Source: Camelus ferus | Lineage: Eukaryota | NCBI RefSeq assembly: GCF_009834535.1 | Contig: NC_045697.1 | Coordinates: 8,742,001 to 8,806,000, forward strand | Reading direction: 5' to 3' | DNA: 64,000 nt | Part shown: piece by piece, positions 36,244 to 49,080 of the stretch | How positions within the stretch are numbered: the first letter of the stretch is position 1 | Layout of the letters: each line of letters starts with the position of its first letter | Position numbers and translations under genes: made by a program | The notes under the pieces: model-generated | Database searches by the model: none | Told to the model about the DNA's origin: nothing | What the model saw: only the letters and a program-made list of their open reading frames with translations

Positions 36244-36736
36244 TAAAAAAAATAATAAAATAAAATAAACAGATATATAGTAAAGTCCACAGATAAGTTT
36301 TCTCTGTAAAATAAATAAAGTGTTCATTGATTAGCATCATACACAGAGTAAAATACAACCTATTTATACATGTTTATATACTGTACATGGGTTACCGGGA
36401 GACAGCCTGGTGTCTGGTGGGCTGGAAGGGTTTGCGTTAGTGACGCGTCACATCGGGAAATCCCAATCTCGAATGTTAAAATATACAACTACTTTGTTTA
36501 GAGTTCAGATACAAAGTAAACTTATTTTCTTTTATCTGAAATAAATGTACATAATACCTTCTATGAACAATAGTTTATAAAGCTGTTTAGAACATAACAA
36601 GAAAAAGCTTGCACCTAGGAACCTGGAGCACATGCACGTCCTTCCCCTGGTTGAAGGCAGCAGCCTGTGGCCCCAAGGCCCGCCCCCTCTCTCCACTGTG
36701 TCCCCGAGTCGACCAGCAGGGGCGCTGCAGGCAGGA

Positions 36737-36854
36737 TTACCGCTTGGCCTTCTTCCCAGGGGCCTCCTCCACGCGCTGCTGGCCCCTGGTGCGCGCAACG
36801 GGAGGGCTGGCCTCTCTCTTGCGCTTGGCAGAAGGGGAGAGCTGTGCCTTTGAT
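36737..36854 (-). CDS. BOD1L1: BOD1L1 last coding exon (26), stop TAA
   Basis: tgcag|A TCA...; (R)SKAQLSPSAKRKREASPPVARTRGQQRVEEAPGKKAKR-stop. Confidence 0.95.
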
Positions 36855-39800
36855 CTGCAGTGAACAAAAGTCGAGGCCGAGGTAAGACTTAAAAGGAGCT
36901 GCTTCAAGTAATCTGGGAGTTCTTTAAAATACGTTAGAGTTCTAAACTTGAGAGCCGAGAAGAGAAAACCGGGGTAACGGCTACACAGGAGAAAAGGAGG
37001 CTCTAGAGGAGCCCGGCCTCCCGTGCAAACAGGGCGCCAGCGGGCAGTTAGGAAGCCCGTGCCTGCTTCAGCTCTGCCTCGCCCGACATGTTGCCCTTGG
37101 TCAAATCCACTTTCTTCTCTAGGCCCTAGTTCTTCTGTCTAAAACATAAAGAAATCAACAGCCGGTCCCACGCTGAGACAACCGGCAAGAACACAGCAGC
37201 GCGGCAGCCTGTGTCTGAGCAGGGACACGGCCGAGCTTCGTGCAGGACAGCTGGTGGCGTCAGAGAAGGCACAGGAACTTGAGAAGAGTTTTCTGCCCTG
37301 TCTCCCTGCCAGGAGCCTATCCCTGCTCTCCATTCTGCCTTTAGAGTGATTTGTCGGAAACTTCAATTAATCATGTTAAAGTCACTATCTTGTTTATCTG
37401 TCTCTACAGAATCAGAGCCTGCATCTTAGCAAGAGCCTCTGTGAGTGGTCTGCACATAATGAACCAGGCTTGCCTGAGAGTCTTCTCCTCACATGTAAAA
37501 TAAGGAAAAGTGCTACATTGTACCCAACAAGGACGGATGGGACAGCCTATGTGCAACGTGCCTGGCACTTCAGTTTGCCCCCTTTCCGTAAGCTGGGTAC
37601 GATGACGCATATACCTGTTGTAAGTGTGCTGTGAAGATCAAACGTGATGAGACATCAGAGGAGTTTTTGTATACTGTGAAGTCTTAGTTTTTGATGCTGT
37701 AATGTACAGAAAGCAAGACAAGTCCCTGATCTCAAGGAAGACGTTTATAACTCAGAGGGGGGAAGGAAAAGGAACACACTGAAGGCAGTGGCCTCGGCCG
37801 CCCTCACTGCGCAGCCCTGACCGGAGGTGCAGCGGGAAGGAGGAAGACGGGCCGAAGCAGACGGGGCGGCGTCCTGAAGGGGGGTGGTGTCTGTGCTGGG
37901 CGGAAGGACCTGGCTGCCTGGGGGCTGGTGGCGAGGGGGCTCCTCAAGGAAGAACCAGCACCAGCAAAGGCTCGGAGCAGGCTGGGCACAACTTGTGGGA
38001 AGCGGGAACTGGGCGGTGGGGAACGTGCAAATGGGCCAGTGGCTGTGCCTCAGGGGGCTCTCCTGTTGCCTTGCTGCCCCTCCAGTGCTCTGGGCTGTTA
38101 TCTGCTCGATCATGCTGCACCAATTTAACCAAGCATTCAGATCTGTGACCACTCGGAAAGAAATACGCTTGGCCTTCGGTCCCGGTGGTGGGAGTCTGCA
38201 CGTAAGGCTCACAGGATCAAGGACAAGCCTGTGCGGGAGGCCATGAGGTGGGACAGACTGGCGAGGCCGCCAGGACTCCTTCTGGCTGCTCTTCCTGGTC
38301 CTGTTTGGAGTAGGTTTCCATTTGGGAAACCAAGTGATTCCCAAAGACAGTTATTTGGCAAGACAGAAATTTTAGAGAAACTTAGGAAGAAAGCATCACT
38401 GCACCAGAAACAGTCTCGGGGCTAAAAGTGACCCTAAGTGTAGGCAAGACCCAGCCTCCTACTGGGGGAGATTTGCTTTTTTGCTGGTAAATAAATTCTC
38501 TTTTACTGATTTTTGGCGCTGTCTAGGAGAGACTGTTTGTGGGCTGCCACGTTTGGACGCTGTGCATGTAGACGGCTCGCTGGGATGCTTTCTGAAACAG
38601 ATTACAGAAACACCGGGCAGGGGAGCACTGGGCACGCCAGGCCCTGGGACTCAAGAAAGGTCCAGGCTCCTGGAGGGCAAGGCAGGGAATGGGGACCACA
38701 AGCAGGAAAACGGTTGGCTTTCTGGCCCATTGCTGGGGAGCAGAGCTGCGTTTCATCATGAAGACTAACTCTGCTTGCAAGACTCTGGCTCTGCCTTCAC
38801 TGTGCAGGATGGCATGTTGTGATTTGAAGATGAATCTGTGATAAACAGAAAATACCCTGGCTGGTGAGATAAGATCCCAAAATGCTCACCAGAGCAGAAC
38901 GAGGGGCCAAGACTGATGAAAGCACAGTTCACGAAGCTGAATGGTCAGGCCCCGTTACTGGGTCCAAACAGTCGATGGGCCCAGTATCAGGGAGAGGAGG
39001 TCTGACTCCTGAGCTGAGCTGGTGCGCAGCTCAGGCCGAGGGAGCCAGCAAGCCGGGGCGAGCTGAGGTGCGGTGTCTAGGAGACACGGCGGACAGTCCT
39101 CTTCCGGATTCATTAGCACACACTTCGTGTAGAACATTTGCTTCTTAAAGAAAATAAAGGTAAACTGAAGCTGAACGAACAAAAGGAGAAGACCTGGAAG
39201 CTGGCCCCCAGTGTGTCGGGGCAAGTTGTACGGGGGGCTCCCAGGGGAGAAGCTGCGGGGAGGAGGCTTCCACGGAACACAGGAAGAGAGCTGGGGAGGC
39301 GACCTACCCGGGCCCCGAGGCAGCGTGCAGGAGCCGAAAGACCCTTCCAGAGGAGCTGCTGGGTAGTGACGGGGGCACTGACGGGTAGGCAGTACCTCCC
39401 CAGACCCCATCTGACCCTGAGAATCTGTGAGGTTGTAACCACTCCAGAGCCCTGGAACCAATCAACTGAGGCCGAGGTATCTGGAGGGGAAAGAACCCGC
39501 CTGTAAGTCACAGCCCCTCGAGTGCATTGAAGGAGAAGCACCAGTAACCCAGGTGATTGCAGAGCCACACGTCACATATGGTTTATTTTTGTGGAATGAA
39601 TTTTAAAAGGCAAATCTGTTAGCTACTTTCAGACACTCAGGGGGAGATGCCGGGAAGAGCTACGGAAACTTCTCTGGGTTGGGCTCCACTGTACTGGACG
39701 ATCTTCCAGGACTGTTAAGGGGGAGGCGGTGGTGCTGGGCGGTGTCTCATCCGAGTGCACCCCCATTCTGTCTACCAGCAGGAACCCTGATTCTGTGGCT

Positions 39801-40869
39801 TCCGTCTACCCGAGCTGCCCCTCCTAGACAACACTTGTGCGACCACCACCGCACCTCCAGCCCTGTGAGCGCGAGTCTTCTGGCTCTAAAATCTGATTCT
39901 CTCAGAAACTAACCAGGGCACGAATGGCTAATAATGTACAAGTTTGGAGGAATTAGAAATAGGTTGTTTTTTTATGTAAACATATTACTTTATACTACAG
40001 TGGCAGGTGTTAGTAAGTGATACTCTTGAAATAAATGTTCCCGAACTTTCTGACTAATCTTGGGTAGTGAGATTATAGAAGACGATGACAAGATGAACAG
40101 CTTGTGAACCACGTTAAAAACAAAGTATTCTTGCTTCAGAGAAAGCTAAGACTGTAAAGAGACGCAGCATTTCTCAAAATGTGCTGTGGGGAAAGGAACG
40201 CCGATGCTAACAGGCACAGCGACACAGGTGAGGGTGTGCAAAGTCTAACTGACGAAACTAAACAGGTTTCCTCCCTTCAGGACTAGGACAGGCCCTTAAT
40301 GTCAATGTACAGTGTGGCTTACGAAGGAGAGAGAACTCAGTGGCACTCCCCAAACTCATTTGACCACGGTCCTCTTTTTTCCAGAGGCCTCTGGCTCTCC
40401 TAGGGTTTGGGAGAACGTACTCTGGGAAATGTACGCAAGCCCAAAACGGCCGCACTTAGGTGGTTTCAGGGGGCGGGCCTGTCCCAGGTGCTCCTTAGCG
40501 CAGGGACGGGCAGGCTGCTCCTCTCGCGCCGCAGCTAAGCGCGCTGCTGCAGGGGCTGCGTTGTATGACCTGTGTTTCCAGCACAGCGTCAGAGGTATCT
40601 ACTCACGCTCGATAAATATTTGTGAAGGAACTGATCTACCAAACAGGTATCTAAAACCTGGCGAAGAGTCCAAAGTGATCCTCAGAAATGGTTTAAGAAG
40701 GAAAACGGGTTCTCCAAGCGGAACTGAAATGTCAGAGGGCTGAGCATGTGCTCTCTGAAGATAAACTGAAAGGAAAGGGCTGATGAGTGGCGGGAGTGAG
40801 TCAAAGAGAAGAACCCTGAGAAACCCAAAGCTGCCTGCTGGCTCGGGAAGCTCTCCGTGGCCCCGTTAC

Positions 40870-41023
40870 CTCTGAGCCTCTGATCTGGCGCTGGACCTCG
40901 TGGTGGCTCCAGAGGGCTCATCCTCTTCCTCCTCTTCCTCTTCCTCATCAGAATCCTGGTCTTTCTTGTCCTCAGCCGCTTCAGAAACTGATTTCTGGCG
41001 TTTTCTTTCCGGCTCGGAGGATT
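40870..41023 (-). CDS. BOD1L1: BOD1L1 exon 25 (154 nt, phase 1-2), acidic tract
   Basis: aacag|AA...CAGAG|gtaacg; (E)SSEPERKRQKSVSEAAEDKKDQDSDEEEEEEEEDEPSGATTRSSARSEAQ. Confidence 0.94.
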
Positions 41024-41426
41024 CTGTTCAGAGAGAAGGGTAACACCTGGATTGTACACTTCCCAAGGGCAGAGTCACGCCATTTGGAACATAGGAGATT
41101 AGGGACCTGGAGGCAGAAGAAGTGGTTTTCCACTTCCTTTTTGTTTCAGCACTTGCAATTCACAACTGTTTAACTTAATCTCAAACACATTTGGGATAGT
41201 TTACTTAGGCAGTTCACAGCCAGCATTTGCGAAAAATTCACATGTACTCAGAAAAGCATCTGGGATGTACCATTTCTGACACAGGATTAGAGCCATTTCA
41301 CACATATTTATGTAATATTAATACTAGCTGCACCCCACTGGATTTCCCCTCCTCCAAAGAAGGCCTCTTAAAAAGGTGATTCTGAAATGATAAGACTCTG
41401 GAATTAAGAATCTGCCAGGAACGTAC

Positions 41427-41508
41427 CAGCATCATCTGACAGAGTGAGCGAACGTTTGGGCTTTCTTCCTCTCCGCCGCACACTCGCCACAGTTTTTTCA
41501 TCATCATC
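41427..41508 (-). CDS. BOD1L1: BOD1L1 exon 24 (82 nt, phase 0-1), AT-hook-like RRRGRKPKR
   Basis: tttag|GAT...GCTG|gtacgt; DDDEKTVASVRRRGRKPKRSLTLSDDA. Confidence 0.93.
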
Positions 41509-41605
41509 CTAAAGGCAATAAAATTAAAGTTGAAAGGGTGGTCACTGGAGCATCTACTAAGTTTATTTCTAAAGTTCACGTCTTGATAACAGCGTTAACA
41601 CTTAC

Positions 41606-41655
41606 ATTGCTTCCACTTCGTTCTTGTAGGTTAAGTGTTTCTTTATTGGACTCAT
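41606..41655 (-). CDS. BOD1L1: BOD1L1 exon 23 (50 nt, phase 1-0)
   Basis: taaag|AT...AAT|gtaagt; (D)ESNKETLNLQERSGSN. Confidence 0.9.
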
Positions 41656-43544
41656 CTTTAAGAAAAGGAAAATCTCTGCATTAATACTTTATCAAATTTA
41701 ATTTCAACAGTCTGGCTTGTAGTCTATGAATGTACCAGAGCTAATTAAGGTACTGTTACACAATTTATCATTATTTTTTACAGCAGCCAAGCAAAGATCG
41801 TGGTGGAATACCTAAGCAGAGAGCACAACAGAACAAAAGCCAGGACGCTGAAGTCTGCATATTAGACCTGTCACAAATAAGCTATGTGATCTGGGCTTAT
41901 TACTTAAATTCCCCAAGCCTGAGTTTTTTCACCTGTGAGATGAGGAGTTGGGCTACACCACCTTCATGGTCTCTCTTTCAGCTCCAATCCCCTGAACCCG
42001 AAAAGGGAAGAGGGAGGGGACAACTAGGGAGCCCCCCCAGATGCAGCAGGAACCGCAGGTCAGGATTACAGACTTCACTGAAACCACAATGTAGCTCTAT
42101 ATATAGTACAATTATAGTATATTTCCCGTTTTGTAGTCAGGAAAAATGAGGTCTGAGTAACTAGTTCAGAGTCACATAACCAGCAGGTGGGGTGGTAGGT
42201 GGGATTCTTTCGACTCCATGCACTTATATCATGGTATCTAGAGAAGTGACATTTCATAAGTCCATTTTAGGTTGTATTTGCCTATTCTTTATATATTTGC
42301 TTTCTGTAGATGTTACCATTTTCTGAGAATGTAGCTTGGTTGAAAAAAAAAAATGAAGCTAAAATTATGAGGATGCTGATGAGACAATCAATAACCCAAA
42401 GGTGGACTTAATAGTGAGGAAGACTGTGTCGCTGCCTTTTCTCCAAGTTCACTTTGCTAACACAGAGAGAAGAGTTAAAAACCAAGAACAAGGCCCACAA
42501 AGAAGAATCCAGTCTCAAAAGGGTCACCATTACCCAGATTCAGAAAACGACTGATGAACGAGCCTCGAACATAATCACATGGCTTAAAATAGTCTTTAAA
42601 GGACATTCAAATTATAAAGATTTCTTCTTCTATGAATTTAATTATAAAATTATGAATAAAAAATGGTTAAAAACGAAACATCAGGAGAATCTTTTGTTAA
42701 AAAAAATAAACCTCCTTAATTTTCAAAGAGACAAGAAAAAGCATGATCACAGGATCACACACATAGTTAAATGTGGAAAAACCTTTAAATTACACAGTTG
42801 CTTTGCCTTGATATCAGAACATGTACTTTCCTGATCTGACCACGCTGTTTATTTGATTCAAAATAGCTGTCATATTCATCTTTTTTTGCCTATGTCAACA
42901 CTTAAAAAATCTACCAATCGCTCTTTTTGCTTGTATGTAAAAAAATTTAAACTGTGAATTTAATATATACACGTGGTAAACACTCTGGAAAATGCAGGCA
43001 GCAGTAACAACACTGGAGGGCTCCTATCATCTCACCACCCAGAGCTAAACATTATCAGCATTTTGGAATATTTTTTTTCTCCTTGGAATGAGGCCAAAAA
43101 TACTTCACTGAAACAATTTCCTCTCTTGCATCCTAGCTCTGTAAGCTGCACAGGCTGCTTTCAGAATTCTCCTTCTGAGAACAAGAGCCTCTTGGGCTGA
43201 ACTCCTGTCTTCCTGATAAGGGTGCCAGTTCCCACGCTGATCTACTTGTCCCTGACACATGTCCTGTAAAGTGTGGTTTGGACACAGTGGTGCCTTCCCT
43301 CTTTTGCTTTTTGTTGCCTTCACCCTCCTCCTTAAAGGCTTTCCAGACTAACAGAGAATCTGAGAATGACTCAGATCACAGGAAAAGCCAAGAGCTATGG
43401 TCTCTCATGGCTACAAGGACAGCCTTTTCCACCAAGAAAGGCACCCACATCACTGAGAAGCGTGACACTCTACAACCTCCCCTGCCAGCCAGCTCCCCCA
43501 CCCCTCCCTCAGATCATGCACAGGGCAGGGCTTCAGGTACACAC

Positions 43545-43590
43545 CCGTCTGCATTGCTTTCAGTTTGCTGCCAGGTGGAGACTGTTCTAC
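43545..43590 (-). CDS. BOD1L1: BOD1L1 exon 22 (46 nt, phase 0-1)
   Basis: tttag|GTA...ACGG|gtgtgt; VEQSPPGSKLKAMQT. Confidence 0.87.
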
Positions 43591-43899
43591 CTAAATTTAA
43601 ACAAACAGAAAGTTGAAGTCAGTAGTTTGTCATCATAACACAAAAAGTTAATCAATAATGTAAAGAAGGTTTAGAACTGCTGTTTATTACATAGGCAGCA
43701 TAGTTGGAGCCTACTTTCTGCAGTTGACTATACCAAGCCATGGCTGCCTATGACTCTGAACACACAGGCCTTTCCAGAAGGAGAACTAGGGCTGCCACAA
43801 GCCTCTTCCCTGGCCACTCTGCTGCTGCACCGGGAAACGCGCACCGGAAGTCCCCCAACCCTGGCAAACCATCTTACATGCTGGTAAATGCATTCACAC

Positions 43900-44080
43900 C
43901 CTTACATGTGGCTCTTTGTTTCTGTTATCTTGTAAGAATTCTCGTGAGATAATTAATGCAGGTATTGTTATATCCAAGGAAATGGGAGTCTCGAGAGGGT
44001 CACATGATTGGCACAGTGTCACAGATCTGCAAGTAAGTGGCAGAGCTGAGGCTTGAATCCCATTTGCTTTTGTTAGGTCA
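43900..44080 (-). mobile_element. MIR
   Basis: GTCACAGATCTGCAAGTAAGTGGCAGAGCTGAGGCTTGAATCC. Confidence 0.6.
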
Positions 44081-44635
44081 GTGGGCGTGGTTTGTCCCCT
44101 TAACAATGCTATCACTGAAACCCAGGCAATGAAGCCTTGATACAATAATTTTGTTGGGTATACACTTCAGAACCAAAGATAAAGAATGTTAGAAAAGATA
44201 AAGCAGTACTGTGGATTTTCCTGCACTGAAACTAGCATACATTTTATAAAATTAACTCCACAGAAAGTAGTAAGATGGTGAGACACTTTGAAGGTTTCCA
44301 AAAAGAAACTACTATCTAAAAATCATACAAAACAGCTATTTTCCATACTTTAGTCAAGGATGACAAGAAGATAAGCCCCTAAATAATTTTTATATGCCAA
44401 GCTCACAAGTGAGGATAGAGCCAGACTGAATTACAACTGATATAATTATGTTTATATGAAGCTATCAGTAATCAGAATATCTTTGGAATGGTTATTTGAT
44501 GTTTTATTTATGAAAGTCTCTTAAAGCTTTTCAAATACTTAAAACAAAGGTAGTTGAAAATACTAATGTTGCAGTGAACTCTTTCTAGGTCAAGAGCAGA
44601 CGTCTGAGGAGTTGTCATCTTTTGCAATTACTTAC

Positions 44636-44670
44636 AGTGACGATGCCAGTATCTGTTTTGTAGTCATCTT
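44636..44670 (-). CDS. BOD1L1: BOD1L1 exon 21 (35 nt, phase 1-0)
   Basis: tttag|AA...ACT|gtaagt; (K)DDYKTDTGIVT; preceded by an 81-nt intron. Confidence 0.9.
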
Positions 44671-44751
44671 CTAAAAAATGAAAAATACAAGTCTTAGAAA
44701 ATCAGTTTGAAAATCTCTTGCATGTGAACTGAAAAGACACCAAATACCTAC

Positions 44752-44827
44752 TTGTTTTTAATGCTATTTCTACAGGGTATTTACGAGGTCTTCCTCTTTT
44801 CCTTTTAATAATTACTGGTTGATCTTC
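44752..44827 (-). CDS. BOD1L1: BOD1L1 exon 20 (76 nt, phase 0-1), canonical AT-hook
   Basis: cttag|GAA...ACAA|gtaggt; EDQPVIIKRKRGRPRKYPVEIALKT contains the RGRP core. Confidence 0.94.
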
Positions 44828-45853
44828 CTAAGGGGAAAAGGAAAAAAAAAAAAGCAATAAAAATTTTTCATTCTGTATTATGCAAGTTTGTCTTCCCAAA
44901 ATAGGATTTAGAGTTCTCTCTTCAGAGGTCTCAAATCCCAGCTGCGTCTCTTAAAAAATACGTGATCCTGGGTTTGGTGCTTCACTGCTCTCAGTGCAAT
45001 TCCCTCACCTGATAAACATTGCTAACTGGAGTAGAATTTACCGAGTCGTGAGGATTATGGGATTTAGGTAATGGAAATAAGCTCTCAGTGTTAGCTTTTA
45101 CTTCTGTAATAAATATATGTGTCCATTTAAATGTGGATTTAGTCCTAGTCACTTGTGACCAAATGTGATTACTTATTAAAAAAAAAAAAAGGAGGCCACT
45201 GAAAACAAACAGAACTATTAAAAAGTTATATCAAGACTGGCAAACTTGGCAATGTCTAGAAGACCTGGCTGGTGTACAGGTTGTTTCCCTTGATTTATGG
45301 GCCTCTGTCTCACGTCACCAGGATTCTGTGCCCTCCTGGTCTCTCGCAAATCTGAAGGGGCCTGGAACGGGTAGTGCTGGAGGTCTGCCTGCTCCTGCAG
45401 CCTCCCAGGAGTCCCTGATGTCGCCTTGTCAAACTGGGTCCCGTTCGGCACTTGCCGCAGGCCTTCTGCACACCCTGCTGCTGCCCCCATTTCTTCCTGC
45501 CAGACTCCAGGGCTCAGCAGCCCTGTTCTCTGACCTGAACTGGTGCCTGGCCTGGCCGTGCTAAGCTGCCAAGTCAGGAACTAACATGGACACCGAGGTA
45601 CAGCTCTCGGCCGATCCCACATGGCCGACACAATTAGGTCTCATACAAACGTTTGGATAAAACGAAGATACAGAGAACAGAATTAATCAAAATGACAGTG
45701 ATCAAGTGTACCGCATGAAATGCTGTCCCAATGTACTAAAAAAAAGCTACTTCAAAAGTACTTAAGAAATATGGGGAATAGCACTGAGTGCATTTTACTT
45801 GTTTTTAGTACTTAAATAAATCTGAACAAATAAATACGAAAAACATTCCTCAC

Positions 45854-45927
45854 CTCCTGAGATTTTATGCTGTCATCATCATTCTGCTCTGTCTTTTCAC
45901 CAGCAGCTTCACCACTGCTATATTCAT
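45854..45927 (-). CDS. BOD1L1: BOD1L1 exon 19 (74 nt, phase 1-0)
   Basis: tgcag|AT...GAG|gtgagg; (D)EYSSGEAAGEKTEQNDDDSIKSQE. Confidence 0.93.
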
Positions 45928-46286
45928 CTGCAGAGAGAGCAGAGCCCTGTTCACTGCTGGGGACCACAGTCAGCCAGGACACCTACCGAGGGGACCTGTG
46001 TCGTCCCTGTCACGTGCACACACAGACTCCGTTCTCAGGCGGACACCACCGAAGTTAATAAGCTGGAGTCTGGTTAGCTGGTAAGAAGCATACTTTGGGT
46101 AGGACAGGGTCCAAACTACAAATCCTAAGCCCTAGTGATACTCAGCACATCAGACTGTGTTATAAAAGGGAAGGCAAGTCAGTGAACTGCGGTTTCAGCT
46201 GGCGGAGCCTCGTGAGAGATGTGCTGGCTGCTTTGAAGGATTAGTCTCTTCTCAAAACAATTTATCTATGTAGATGTGTTGCTCAC

Positions 46287-46371
46287 CTTTTTCTTCCATG
46301 GCCCTTGAAGCAGAGCTGTTTGCCTTAGAACTTGTTTTCGATAACTCTTCCAAATCTTCAGAATTCTCTTC
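46287..46371 (-). CDS. BOD1L1: BOD1L1 exon 18 (85 nt, phase 0-1)
   Basis: tgtag|GAA...AAAG|gtgagc; EENSEDLEELSKTSSKANSSASRAMEEK. Confidence 0.93.
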
Positions 46372-47514
46372 CTACAGAGAAGTTGAACAAGACAAGAAGC
46401 TTCTTTTTCATACTTGACCCTACTTCCACTTATCCTCCCCAAAGTTTTCCTTTCAATTTCAACAACATATTCCAAGCAGTATTTTAGATATTTGTTGGAA
46501 ATTTTTTAAAAGGTAACTATTTTGCTGCTCAGGAGACCATACAAAAAGATAACAAATTCTGCAGGCAGAAAAGCATGAGATAAGGTTCAACTATAAAGCA
46601 ACAAGGCCATTATTTTTTCCTTGCAAAGAGGAAGTCACTCGGCTCCTTCACCCTGGACTATTTAAGAGAAACTCCAAAGAAAGAACTGAAAGGAATTTAC
46701 AACAGATTTTTTTTTCTTTGTTGGGTGGTGGAGGGGAGGGGCTGGGGGAAAGGGATAAAGCAGAAGGTAACAAAGAGAACTGCTGATTTCTCAACAGTTG
46801 AATTATTTGCCTTTAGTTGCAAAAAAAGTTTTGAGCATGAAATACCAAATTGTTTGTACTATAATACTAATATAATTATAAACAAAAATATACAAATTAA
46901 ACTTAAAATCAGAATACTGTTTTATAATATTATTATTTGTATATATGATTTTTAAATGAAAATGGTTAAGGTAGAGTATATTTAAATTTAACATTAAAAA
47001 ATTTACATGAAATTGAAGGGAAAATAAAAGTATACCCTTTAACTGCTTCTCTCCAAATTCAGGAGTACTGTCTCGAGGCTTTTGTTCTGGATAGGGCACG
47101 GCAGTGATGGGCTTTTTAAAAGCCAGTTTCTTTCCTTGGCCATGACCAACTGAAATTCATGGCAAAGTGTGACTTTACCACTTTCGTTGTTAAAATTCTT
47201 TTACTACGTTTTATTTAGTTTATCAGTTACTGTGTGAAAAAGAGACTATAAGCTGGCTTTAGTGAGCTGGAAGTCAGCTGCATGCTTTTATAAGCTGACA
47301 ATTACAAAACAAAGTGGAGAAAGACGAATTAGGGAAAGAGAGAGAATGAGAAGAGGGAGGGAGACTGAACAGACAATGGGAAGTACTGAGTCTCAGAAAC
47401 AGGAGGACACCTAAGAAGATTATCTACCAGGGAATGGAGAAGCCTGGGCCCAGAACAAGAGATGGTAAGAGCAGAAATAAAAAATCGTGAGCCACTTTCC
47501 TGAGTCACGGATGA

Positions 47515-47981
47515 GAATAAGAGTAAAATAATGTCATTTGCAGCAACATGGATGGACCTAGAAATCATCACTCTAAGTGAAGGAAGCCAGAAAGAGAAAG
47601 AAAAATGCCATATGATATCACTCATATGTGGAATCTAAAAAAAAAGAAAAAAAGAGGACACTAATGAACTCATCCACAAAACAGAAACAGACTCGCAGAC
47701 ATAGTTAACAACCTTATGGTTACTGGGGGAAAGGGTGTGAGAAAGGATAAATTTGGGAGTTTGAGATTTGCAAATGTTAGCCACTATATATAAAAATAGA
47801 TTAAAAAGAGCAAATTTCTTCTGTACAGCACAGGGAACTATATTCAGTATCTTATAATAACCTTTGATGAAAAAGAATATGAAAATGAATATATGTATGT
47901 ATATGCATGACTGGGACATTGTACTGTACACCAGAAACTGACACCTTGTAACTGACTGTACTTCAATTAAAAAAAAAAAAA
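47515..47981 (+). mobile_element. 5'-truncated L1 in a BOD1L1 intron, antisense to the gene
   Basis: TTTGCAGCAACATGGATGGACCTAG through CAGCACAGGGAACTATATTC to a poly(A) tail. Confidence 0.9.
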
Positions 47982-48478
47982 TCCAATCTGGGGGAAAAAA
48001 GAACATAGGAGAAAAAAGTAATAACTGAGGAGGGCCCATCGTTGGACTACCTATATTTTAGGAGCTGGAGGTATGGTAAAGAGGATGAATATTCAAAATT
48101 TTAAATAGTATGTATCACTGAATTTCACTGTTTGGATACAAGTATTTCTGTAATAAAGCATACTACATTTTGGAAGAAAGCACCTAGAAACCTAAAGAAG
48201 TCAATAATACGACTGAACAAAAACCTAAGCAATGATCATATTTAAAATGTGGCATTAATACAATCTTGCAGTTTAAGATTATAAAGTGCAACATTTTTTT
48301 TTCTTTGAGAGCCTAAAAAATATACATCTTTTATAATAAAGTGATTATTATTAGAGATACATAAAGTAAAAGGGATACAAGAACGAACTCTCTCTCTATA
48401 TATATAGATAAAGTAAGTATTCACAGTGATATAATTAGGTTACTTCTAAAACTTAAAATTAAAATGTGGAAAAAATAC

Positions 48479-48558
48479 CTTTGCATCTTGTGGCTCAGTT
48501 TCAGAACATTGCCTCTCTGCCGTTTCTATTTTGGAATCCAGGACATCTGGATTATCAT
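48479..48558 (-). CDS. BOD1L1: BOD1L1 exon 17 (80 nt, phase 1-0)
   Basis: tacag|AT...AAG|gtattt; (D)DNPDVLDSKIETAERQCSETEPQDAK. Confidence 0.93.
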
Positions 48559-48879
48559 CTGTAAATCAGTTTGGACAGAATCACAAAGGAATAAAAGCTA
48601 AATGAAAAATGAAATGCACAGTTCTATTTTAAGACCATTTGAGACTTCTTTCTTAGGCTTATGATGCAGTGAAACCAAAGTTATTCTAAACGTCCTTATA
48701 ATGTCATGTGATTTGAGCACCAAACACTGGCCTTGGCCCTAGCAAACTGAAAAAATAAAAAACAAAACAAAAAAATCTACAAATGCTCAAATGACACCAA
48801 CAAAGCAGGAGCCTCTATGGAGAGGGCTCAGGACATACAGAGTTCCCAGAGATACCTTTAGCTTCCTGAATGAATTATC

Positions 48880-49080
48880 ACCTAAGAGGCATGGCTTAGT
48901 GATTAAGACCATGATCTTGGGAATCAGATTTACTTGGTGGAGATGGTCACAATTTCTCAGAATCTTAATTTCTTTATTTATAAAATGGCAACAATACCTA
49001 ACACACAGTTATTAGGAATGTGTATAAAGTACCATGAATAGTATCTGCTTACAGCATGAACTCAGTAATTATAAAATGAT
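48880..49080 (+). mobile_element. MIR
   Basis: GCTTAGTGATTAAGA...CTTTATTTATAAAATGG. Confidence 0.5.

Noticed and set aside
36709-36727. CTCF-like CCAGCAGGGGCGCT just after the BOD1L1 stop
   Set aside because: One G short of the core spacing CCASYAGRKGGC, so it does not align without a gap.
39130-39170. Strong-looking minus-strand acceptor (TTTTCTTTAAG AAG) in the last BOD1L1 intron
   Set aside because: No matching donor or conserved peptide identified, and the main frame is complete without it.
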